In this document: positions 11,050-20,349 of the stretch, in pieces | Position numbering within the stretch: position 1 is the stretch's first letter | Layout: the number at the start of each line of letters is the position of its first letter | Origin: Macrostomum lignano | Lineage: Eukaryota | Reading direction: 5' to 3' | NCBI GenBank assembly: GCA_002269645.1 | Contig: NIVC01000349.1 | Span: forward strand, 372,001 to 436,000 | Length of the DNA stretch: 64,000 nt | The notes under the pieces: model-generated | What the model saw: only the letters and a program-made list of their open reading frames with translations | Databases searched by the model: none | What the model was told of the DNA's origin: nothing | Made by a program: the position numbers and the translations under genes

Positions 11050-12116
11050 GCTGCTTGACACTCAACTAGTAGATCTCGCACTCTCTGTCGTTGATCTTCG
11101 GAAAGCTCGCTGTTGATCTCGACTTCCTCTAGCCAAGCTGTGCTGGGCTCTTCAGGGCTCCTTGGCAAATGTCGCACTTCAGGTTCCGGCGTCTCTTCCA
11201 GGTACATCAGGTCGGCAGTTCTAAGTGGTGTCGCAACACCAACGCGGATGCCCGACTGCAGGAACACCTCGCAGTCAGCAGTGTTGACGACCTCGATGTA
11301 GCCTCGACCTTCAGGCATCGTCATCAGAGCTGGAGCTGCTTCCAGAGTGTTGCAGCTGGGGTGCAGTCTCGACTTCACCAGCTCGACGATTGATGGCGAT
11401 CCTCGGTTCTCGGGGTGGCCGACATCCAACTGGACGGCCAACAGCGCTGAGCTTCTGGGCGGCAGAGTGCACTTCTCGGAGGTGTACACCCAGCATGATT
11501 GAAGCTCACGGCGCGAATAGCGAACGGGAATGCACGCGCCATTGTTGAACTTTAACATTCCTTGAGCAAAGTCCAAGTTTTGGCAGTGTTAACGCATGAA
11601 ATTAATACCAAGCAAATTTTCACAATCGGTGACCGTGACCAGGAATTCGGTGTCCGCGACGACATCACCGAACTCCACCGGGATGATCACCTTACACGCA
11701 AGGGGTAGCTGCGTACCGTCGTACATGGTCACGCAATCCGGGATAGCATGCGATATGATACAACGAGGCATCCGACGTCTAACATTGGCCCAGGTCGACG
11801 CTCCAAGAAAGTTTTTCCGACTGCCGCTGTCTAGTAGGAAAGGGACTTCTCGGCCCGCCAATCGGCCGGTGACGTACGGATCAGCCTCACGCGCATGGAT
11901 TTTTTGATCATTGGAGGTGTCCACGAAACCTCCGCACTCAGCCTCACTTACTGATGAGCGACTGTCGGACTGGGCATTGGCGCCTGCGCAGCCGACATCC
12001 TCTTCTTCTGGTGAGCGTTCGGAGTCTGCCAAGTAGCCGGGGCTTGGGCTCTGTGGAGGGCGTTGCCGTGGGCGCTCTCCGTCTCGCCGTTTCCCTGGTT
12101 CTGGCGTAACGGGCAC
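11050..12116 (-). pseudogene. Gypsy pol N-terminus: aspartic protease plus post-protease linker, in-frame TAA at 11589-11591, cut off before RT
   Basis: FLLDSGS and LLGINF motifs; ORFs 11589..12116 and 10845..11576 are in frame across one stop. Confidence 0.85.
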
Positions 12117-13117
12117 TGTGCATTGCGATGACCAGGCTGACCGCAGCCATAGCAGATCATGGCTTTTGAAGGCGGACTCGTCTTCTGCTGCTGGTCACGC
12201 TGCACCAGGTTGTCTAGCAGTCGCTGTTGTTTCTCTAGCAGATCAGTCAGAGCTAGGAGAGCTTGAGCGGTGGCGTCGGGCGTCGGGTCACCGTCGCGCT
12301 CCCCGTTCAGCATGCGAACCGGGGGTTGAGCAGAGCGCTGCGCCAGTTCTTTAGCGCCTTCCAGACGATGTAGTTCTCGAATAGCGGCCAGCAGATTGTT
12401 CGGGCGGACCCAATAGAGCCGCTCGCGCAGATCTGGTGTCGTCCTGATGCCAGCTAGGAACTGATCAGCCAGCTCCCGCTCTCGATCCTCAGGGTGCATT
12501 CGAGGGTACGCTCGCTCTCCCAAGGTGCGCAGGGCATCAGCGTACTCTTCCGCTGACTCGTTCTTGCCTTGCTGACGGCGCCTCAGCAGCTCTCGATATT
12601 CATCAGCGCCACCGTGGCGGGCGAATCTCTCGATCAATCGCTGCTTGACCTCCTCGTAGCCAGCATAGCGTGGGAGGTGCATACTGAGCAGAGCCGGGTA
12701 AGCAGTCGCCAGATCTAGACTCGCAACGAGGTGCTGCTTCATCTCGATCGGGTCTTCGATACGCTCCATCTCGCAGCGTTGCTCGAACGCGGCGAGCCAG
12801 ACGTGGATGTCCTGGCTGGGCGTGTACTTTACAATCTTAACAGACTTGCTTACCGGCCGCTCCATCTGCTGCTGCAGAGCTGCCATCTTCGTTCTCACAT
12901 CCTGGGGCCTGATGTTATGGCCGAGGTCGTCCAAACCTGGCAGAAGCTCGTCTGGCGGGTCTTCGGACACTTCGCTTCTCGCACTTCGCCGCGGCATCTG
13001 CTGACCAAGGTCGTTGACCGCTGCTGCTGCGGCAGCCGATGCTGCTGCAGGTCTCGAACTGCTGATGTGCTGATCCAGCCGGCTGCTGCACCGGCTCTCG
13101 TCTCTCTCGTTAAACAT
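11948..13117 (-). CDS. gag: Gypsy gag (389 aa) with CCHC knuckle
   Basis: Retrotrans_gag-like WLAAFEQRC...VKQRLIERF region; CYGCGQPGHRNAQC. Confidence 0.9.
   Translation of the reverse strand: MFNERDESRCSSRLDQHISSSRPAAASAAAAAAVNDLGQQMPRRSARSEVSEDPPDELLPGLDDLGHNIRPQDVRTKMAALQQQMERPVSKSVKIVKYTPSQDIHVWLAAFEQRCEMERIEDPIEMKQHLVASLDLATAYPALLSMHLPRYAGYEEVKQRLIERFARHGGADEYRELLRRRQQGKNESAEEYADALRTLGERAYPRMHPEDRERELADQFLAGIRTTPDLRERLYWVRPNNLLAAIRELHRLEGAKELAQRSAQPPVRMLNGERDGDPTPDATAQALLALTDLLEKQQRLLDNLVQRDQQQKTSPPSKAMICYGCGQPGHRNAQCPLRQNQGNGETESAHGNALHRAQAPATWQTPNAHQKKRMSAAQAPMPSPTVAHQ
12089..12095 (-). promoter_or_regulatory. Candidate -1 ribosomal frameshift site G-GGA-AAC
   Basis: The heptamer is in the gag frame just after the knuckle; a -1 slip enters the protease frame (GKRRDG); a GGAG-A-GCG/CGC-C-CTCC hairpin starts 8 nt downstream. 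Confidence 0.7.
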
Positions 13118-13295
13118 TTTAAATTAGTAGAATAGCCGAATTCTTACTCGAAAGAGCGGTTATCTTGGGTGTAGTAGTAGTCCAATCTTGACTTGTCGGA
13201 TCCCAGATAGTCGTGTCGTTGACTCGTCGAATCCCAGATAGTCGTGTCGTTGATCGTTGACTCGTCGAATCCCAGATAGTCGTGTCGTTGACTCG

Positions 13296-13317
13296 TCGAA
13301 TCCCACCGCTGCCACCA
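13296..13317 (-). promoter_or_regulatory. Primer-binding site complementary to the 3' end of tRNA-Leu
   Basis: Plus strand reads TCGAATCCCACCGCTGCCACCA (tRNA-Leu 3' end with CCA), 1 nt from the 5' LTR. Confidence 0.88.
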
Positions 13318-13318
13318 A

Positions 13319-13583
13319 TGAAGTATAGGTGTCTTGCTGCTTCCCAATCAGTCGCGAGAGCTGCCTACCTTGAGCTCCTCTGGGAAGTCTCCGGGTTGAT
13401 CTAGTAGCGTCGGTAGTGCTGCCACCAGCTTCGCAGAGTCGCAGCCTTCGGTGAGGTGCTGAGCTCGTAGAAGCAAATAACTAAGACGAGAAAAAGAGAC
13501 TCGCACTTCGTGCAGATTTAGCAGTTCTCGCGCAGAGGTGCCCACCGTCGTGCGGCGCCTAACTAAACTAGCGACTCACTACA
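13319..13583 (-). repeat. 5' LTR (265 bp), lacking the 748-bp segment present in the 3' LTR
   Basis: Joins ...caccgtc directly to gtgcggcgcc..., i.e. lacks 6098-6845. Confidence 0.88.
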
Positions 13584-14469
13584 AATAATATAATTGTGTT
13601 ACAGTATTTTATGAGTAAATATATTGATTACAATAAGCAGTATTGTATTTAAAATTTACGAATAAATTTTTTTTTGCTTTTTTCTAAATAAATAATTTTT
13701 TGCTTTTTGGCTTTTTTCTGTATTAAATTTGGCTATTAAGAATTTGAGCTAGGACCACACAACTACTTGAAAAGGAAGCTAAGGAACCCAAAGGAGCCCT
13801 AAGGAGCCCAACTGCTCTTTAGTTGTAAAGAAACCCCAAAGTTAGCGATTTACCCCTGCTCTAATTATTTCACCTAGCTTAAACTACTGTTAGTAGCGTA
13901 AAAGCATATTTAACTCGTGCCTAATTCTACTCCTAAAATAATACTCTACTACATTTCCCCCTCACTACAAAATGTGCAAAACCTCTTTTGTACATTAATT
14001 ATTTGTATTTATTCAAGTATTTTAAATTAGTTAAGCACAAGGAAATATTAATGCACTTACCAGCGATATACTGGATATAAAACTTAATGTTGTGAGCATG
14101 CGAAATTATTAATGAATATGCGTATAGGTAAGTGAGAAGAAAATATTAATTACATGCACAGTAAATTATTTGGTCACGTAATGAGTATATATATGAGCGC
14201 ACTTCGATGATACCTAGCCGGATATACTAAATGTCGAGCATCTTACATAAGCAAGTTGAAATTATTATGAATAGTATTTCTGATGACTAATATGGAGTAA
14301 TAATGACAACTAAGCATGTCCAGAATGGCACGTGTATACTAACAACAACAATACAAGAAAAAACGCGGTGCAAAAAGCGGTAAATATTTGGCAAGGTATT
14401 TATTCTTAGAAATTCCGAAAGAAAGTAAAAAACGAAAAATATGATAGCATCGAGCACGTGTAAATAATT

Positions 14470-14810
14470 TTGTTTCGGAAGAATTATCTAGTTGGATTTT
14501 CCAGTCCTTATTAGCCGGCCGGATGTTTAGAGTGTTCTGGGCAGATAGGTAGAGTAACCCGTTGACCGGGATTAGTCGGTGAGTTGGGTCAATCTCGCCG
14601 GCAATGGACTCAAGTTGTTCGGTAGTCGCCTTCATGCAAATTAAACCTCTCATCTTTCCTTCCGCGTACTGCAAGCAGTGAAAGCAGGTGATCTCGAAGC
14701 GCCTTACCGCTTCGGCGGGGTAGTGGCCAGTAATTGAATGCAGGCCTCCGATAACTCGGCCTTGAATTGTCCCGTTCGTCCCGTTGTTAGAATAAATCGC
14801 TTAAGGGCGC
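14470..14810 (-). pseudogene. Possible RPA70-like OB-fold remnant within a frameshifted ORF (region 14340-15276)
   Basis: GTIQGRV...LIPVNGLLYLSAQNTLNIRPANKDWKIQLDNSSET resembles the RPA70 DBD-A pattern by eye only. Confidence 0.35.
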
Positions 14811-16129
14811 GGCGGCACCTGCGGAAATTTCGCACCTGCGTGCCGGGGCTGTCCTGCCGTTCGCTTTCGGTCCTCTCAGGGGCTGGCTCCTCGCCCAGGT
14901 CCACTGAGTAGTGTTGCGTAGTTTACGAGCGAGTCTGATGCAGGCCCAGGCTGGCTCTACTCTGGCCGGCACGTCGGTTGGTCTCGTCCTGTTCGTCTAT
15001 GGGTCTATGGGATCTACTCCTTCCTGCTGCCGGATCTCCTCCATGAAGAGCGCTTTCGGTATCCCTTTCTAACTCTTCCAAATCTACATTCATAACTAAA
15101 TTCCCCTTCGGCTCGCTATCTTCTTCTGTCAGCTTGTGCTTCTTACATTGTTCTTCTTGGTTTGCTATGTGTACGGCCCTAACTCGCGGGAGCTCGTTGT
15201 CTTCCTGCTCTTTATGCCTTCTCTTTTGGCCGTAGATTTTCTTCTTAGCATATACTCGCAATGGGGCGTCGGCCATTGTTGATTAGTTCTTAGGCTGTAA
15301 TAGGTTAAATGGGTTAAATAACGCCGCTATCCTCTGTGAAAAACTTTTCTGATTTGGCCTGACAGTTAATCTATCTGGAGAATGACGCTCTCTTGCTGGT
15401 CTAGCCTCTAAACTAATCCATAGGTATACATTGTGACGGAAATGTTGAAATATGACAATGTGACAGAAAAAAATAGATAGGAAAAACTTTATTGCAGAAT
15501 ATGACAGAATGCGAAATATTACAGATTCAGCTATAAAATTCCGTCCTTTTTGGCCTACTTCAGACTATTTAGGAAGGACAAATCATGCTATGGTACTTCG
15601 CCATAGCTCATTCTGATAGCTGAATTAAAATATTTTACAGTATATTAAGCTTTTTGGAATCATGATCACATAATTTTATTGCTAAAATGTGTTTGTTTTA
15701 TATGAACTCTTATTCTAACTCTTGGTTTATGACTGTATGAGAACATACAGAACATCGAAACGTCGAATGCTCAATTAAGAAAATGAGCTCTCATTATTAT
15801 TAGGTAATTATGTTAGTCACGTTTGGCTCACGTAGTTGCACATAGTTAAGCTAATATGATTTTTTCGTATATAATTTGAACAATTTTTAATTCCTTTCCT
15901 TAACAAAAAGTGCACAAAATACGTATTAAGTCAAAATGCAAGTGTACGAATAAGATATAAATATAGCTAACAGGAACTAAATGTGACGAACTAGATTTGA
16001 TCGCTTCTAGAATTTCAAAAAAAAATTAAAATGAGAATTTTGAAGCGTAAAAGGGCGCTTAATAGTTGGATAGCACTTAGACAACAACAAAACTTCTATT
16101 TTATTAATGCATTGCCTGACTTTCAACAT

Positions 16130-16681
16130 TGTGACGATATTGTCGTGGTGGTCTCGAGAACAAGCGAAGGCAAATAATGTAGTGAAAGCGGAATTGTAGC
16201 GGTAGCACTTGGCAGTAAATGGATCAGCGTTATTGCGAACGTTGGCTGCAGATTTAGTTTATTATTACGTCTTGTACTTTGATTAACAATGCGCTGGCAA
16301 CCACGCAACAATAGAGCAAATAGTTTAAGTAGTAGCAGTGGCGTGACTTGGAGTGGCAATAGCGTGGCTAAAATCGTGGCGGAGAGAAGGCAAATGATCA
16401 AGCAAAGGCAGTCAGAGCCTACAAGCTACACGGGCTCGCAAGGGTGCGAGAGTCTAACGAAGTCTAAACAGGCGAAGGCCCCAGACGGGGTGGCGGCGGA
16501 GCTAAGGCAAAGGGACGAAAGGAGAGTGGGGCCCGAGCGCACGGCCAGACAGAACTGATAAGGACCGGGCTGGGGGTGGCGCGCGAGAGAAATTAGTATA
16601 ATTAATGCGGCGTATTTCTATTGGCTGACTGAGAAAAACAAGAACAGAAATTATTGATCGCGCGCTGAACGCGGGGTTACA
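16130..16681 (-). mobile_element. Probable solo LTR (552 bp)
   Basis: TGTAAC...GTCACA termini; CCAAT, a TATA-like box and AATAAA in order on the minus strand; no clear TSD. Confidence 0.45.
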
Positions 16682-17618
16682 ATTGTACGCAGCTGATTAG
16701 ATTCCTAGGGCACTACTTACAGTAAACGTGAGAATACGGAACTAGTAATATTAAAATATTGGTACCGTATGTCCAAACGGCCCTTGGCGGGGCTACTGAA
16801 ACTGACAACGTCACAAACATCTCTCATCTGCTAGCTGTGTTATCTGTAGTACTACTTCTGTACAAAAGAGTTCGAATCGATTAAAAAATTGTTCTCTGAC
16901 AATAACAAACTGTTTTGAACTTTAAAAAAGTCGAAAAAATTGCTTTTTCTCTCAAAGCGGGGTATTATATCCTGCATGAGCAAGTGAGCAAAACCATATT
17001 CAGTTATTTAAAATATGCATGGATTGATAGGCTGGATTCAGTGCTGCCTACTAGTTGATTTAGATGATTTAGCCCCTGCATTGCAAAGTGTGACAGAACA
17101 GAACTTGTTTGTTCACTAAAATGCCTGAGCTGTGAGAATTGTGTCAAATAAATATTTGTCATCAATCGATCGAAATCCTATATTTCTTATCTTCCTATTA
17201 TACTCCTACATGTAAATATCTTAACCTTGTCACAATAGCTAACTAGCTATAGAGTCTTTGTAGGTGTGAAACATTAAAGCCATATACGTTAGATAACTTT
17301 AAGCATGATTTTATGTTTTATCCTATCCAAATGAAAAATTTAAAACTCTAATTCTGAAGAAAAAAATTCAATGCCTTGAAAGCAACGAAAATTGTCCTTG
17401 TAAATTTTTAAATATTTATTTCATTAGAAACAATTAACTATGTAGTTTTAACAGTTTAAAAGATGGAGATAATGAACCTGTTCAGACTTTAACTTAAGTG
17501 CTTTTCACGTTAATATCAAATCTAACAAAATGCGGTTTCAAAAAGATGGAGACAATGAACGTGTTCAGACTTTAACTTAAAAAGTGCACTTCACGTTATA
17601 TCAAGTAATTAACAAAAC

Positions 17619-17753
17619 TGTGACAGAACCCATTCACTAAACTGCCATGCAAATTGTGACAGAACCCATTCACTAAACTGCCATGCAAATTGTGACAGAG
17701 CCCATTCACTAAACTGCCATGCAAATTGTGACAGAACCCATTCACTAAACTGC
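17619..17753. repeat. 36-bp minisatellite x~4 (TGTGACAGAACCCATTCACTAAACTGCCATGCAAAT)
   Basis: Direct inspection. Confidence 0.9.
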
Positions 17754-17878
17754 ATGTAAAAGATAGCTGTGTGAGCTTTGGTCCTGTTCAGACTAGAAAG
17801 TGCACTTCACATTTATATAAACTATTTTTTCTCTTTTTTGCTAGTGGCCCCGTACATGCAAGTAAGGACTTTGAAAAC

Positions 17879-18220
17879 TTATTTGCTCATTCTTAACTTG
17901 ACCAGGTCGAAGGCTTTTTTAAGGTCATCGGGCATTTCGCTGCTCGTAATCGGAAAAAATGGCTTGAAGTCGTTAACCCAGTCACGGGTGCGAGGCTCGA
18001 GCACGTGAATCGAGTCGCATGACTTATTATGATGTTTTTTTAAATATGTTCCTGACCTTGGACGCTTCGTCACTTCTGCTGGCCAGTATTGGTAACCCTT
18101 TGACTTAGCTAGAACTAATTTGCCCGGCTTTAGCAGCAACAGACGCTGGTTTGAGCGAAGTACAGTGATTATAGCCTGCGTATCGTTCGGCTCATCGCTG
18201 GAGTCAGATATATCGATATA
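17879..18220 (-). CDS. PWWP-like domain coding segment
   Basis: KPGKLVLAKSKGYQYWPAEV matches the PWWP consensus (G.LVWAK..GY.WWPA.V); preceded by an acidic linker. Confidence 0.7.
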   Translation of the reverse strand, partial: YIDISDSSDEPNDTQAIITVLRSNQRLLLLKPGKLVLAKSKGYQYWPAEVTKRPRSGTYLKKHHNKSCDSIHVLEPRTRDWVNDFKPFFPITSSEMPDDLKKAFDLVKLRMSK

Positions 18221-18224
18221 ACTG

Positions 18225-18440
18225 CTGTTGCTAATCCTGGCCTCCAGAATCGAGTTTTAATTTTCTGGGAAGTTTTATCTCGACCTAGGTGTCCCGCTAA
18301 CGGTGAATCATGGATTTAGTGAAATACTTCACTATTCAGAGACTTGGGCAAGACTACCTTTGGATCAGTCTGCCCCATAGATAAGTCTACCTTGCGTACA
18401 CCGTCCTCAGTTCTGAGCAACTCATAGTAACCTAGGGTCC
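18225..18440 (-). pseudogene. Orphan Gypsy integrase zinc-binding (H2C2) fragment
   Basis: Manual translation: VVLPKSLNSEVFH*IHDSPLAGHLGRDKTSQKIKTRFWRPGL. Confidence 0.75.
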
Positions 18441-18539
18441 TGAGGTCCTGATTCACTTGGCCAAATTGACAAAGTTCACTGAGGTCAAAATTCACGAAAA
18501 TCTCAATTCACAAAGCTTATTTAACAATAATGCACTCAC

Positions 18540-19400
18540 TGGCGGCGCTGGTAATTCTGCTCGCTAAGCTGCCAGCAGCCGATTGCAGGTCATTGCCGAG
18601 CAGCGGAGCCTTGGCGTTGACGTCCTCTTCACGCACGCCGGCGCCCTCTGTGACCAGTCGCTTTGTGAGCTGGCGGCCATTCTCTCTTCTTTTCTTAGTC
18701 TGGGTCTGATTAGATTGCGTGGTGGGATGAAAATGTTAATAATAATAAAAGCAAACTTAATTTTTTAAATACATTCTTATTTGGAGCCTTTTGTTTCATA
18801 AACACTAAATTTCACAAAATACTATATAGTGAAGCCTTTCAAAGAGCTTGAGAAATTCCTAGCTCGTTAAGCGATTTTAAAGACAAATTGATTAATTCTC
18901 ACATGGTAAAAGCGGCGCTGCACTCCTTCGGTGTGGTTCTGGTGATCTGCCATCAAGCGCTGTTCTTCCGCCGTGGCGTTTTCCAGGCCCATCACTTCCA
19001 TCCACTCGCGGAATTTAGAAATAGTGACATTGTTCAGCAGCGGTGAGTACCGTCTTCTATCCTGGTAAAATAGGCGGTCCAATGAGCCGTACCGAAATAC
19101 AAACGCCTGAGCGTCGTCGCTCGGGCTCTTCGCAAATCGTTGCACCAGGACCTGCATCACCAAATCTGCGCACGGTGTTACACTTGCCCACGCTGAGCCG
19201 TGGCCCTCATTTGACTTGTGCTCTATAACTTCAAAAAGCTCATTCGGCGACTTCAGCCACCGGCGTGCGTCCGAAATTTTGCAGGCGGAGGCCAAGCCCT
19301 GCCGGTTTTGCGTTTCCATCGCCGAAACAAATGCACATCCTGATGGCCAGGAATGTCACCGTCCTGTGTCAATGTTGAGGCCAAGATTTTTTAATCCCAT
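18540..19400 (-). pseudogene. Tyrosine recombinase, probably spliced (exons ~19400-18903 and 18705-18540)
   Basis: QNRQG, EHKS..G.A, SKFREW and ADHQNHTEGVQRRFY give the R-K-xxR-H-Y pattern; a GT-AG intron at 18902-18706 keeps the frame. Confidence 0.7.
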
Positions 19401-19404
19401 GATT

Positions 19405-19515
19405 AAGTGCCATTTCAAAGATTAGGTGCCACTTCAAAATCTAAGTGCCATTTTCAAAACTAAGTGCCATTTTCAAAACTAAGTGCCATTTTCAAAACTG
19501 AGTGCCATTTCAAAG
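19405..19515. repeat. ~18-20-bp tandem repeat (TAAGTGCCATTTTCAAAAC) x~5-6
   Basis: Direct inspection. Confidence 0.85.
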
Positions 19516-20349
19516 ATTATAAGAACGCACCGGTCTTTTGTGCACCTAGCCTCCTCCAGTACGGTGGTCTTCATTTCGAAGACGGCCTTAATTTGGTCGC
19601 CGGTCAGGAGCTCTTCTTCTTTCCGGTCCATCAGGTCCGCATAATATATTATGTAAAACAAAAACTACATAGAAATGAAAGTACATGTAAGAAGCAATAT
19701 AAACATGGTCAAAATAAAATGAGTATCGGAAAGTGAGGTACATGAAAAGTTAGTCCGATAATTTATAAAGGGCAGCACAGTAGAGTAAAATGCAGAGCAA
19801 GATTTATAAAAGAAACAAAAACACGTAATTCAAGAACTGCGACAGTATAGCTACTCAACTAGATACTGCAAAAGGTGAATAGCCATAATGGCCACATTCT
19901 TATCAAATTAAGCAAATTGAAAAAAGTGCACACACTTTTGGATTAGTTTAGAGAGCCTAAGATATCTAACAGTAGGCTACATGTAGTTAAGCGACTTGAG
20001 GAGCTTTTCAAAGCCAGGAAAAGTGAAGCAACACTGACAGTAAAAACATTAAAAATGGTTGAGGCATTGAAAGGCTAATTTATTGCCCGATTGAAAATAA
20101 GTATGCGAACTCTGAAAAAAGCATTGTAAAAATATTTAGAACGTAGCTTGATCAAGGTACTCATAGTTTAGATTTTTCTTTACAAAGAAAATTTAGTTCA
20201 TTTTCAATAAACTGACAAATGTCATAATAAATGTGAAAGAATCAGCAAGTATTTAGGTAATGAGTCAGTTAAAACTCCTGGCGGATTCTCTTAACGTCGC
20301 TCGCTAGTGTAGGAGCCTGACGTGGACGCTTCGAGCTGTTCGATTTCAA

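Larger units (their letters stand above)
5867..13583 (-). mobile_element. Gypsy/Ty3 LTR retrotransposon, defective (RT-RH-IN absent), AATA target-site duplication
   Basis: TG...CA LTRs at 5867-6879 and 13319-13583; AATA at 5863-5866 and 13584-13587; PBS, PPT, gag and protease are present. Confidence 0.93.

Noticed and set aside
13296-13317. tRNA-Leu gene
   Set aside because: Only the 3' 22 nt including CCA are present, next to an LTR, so it is a PBS.
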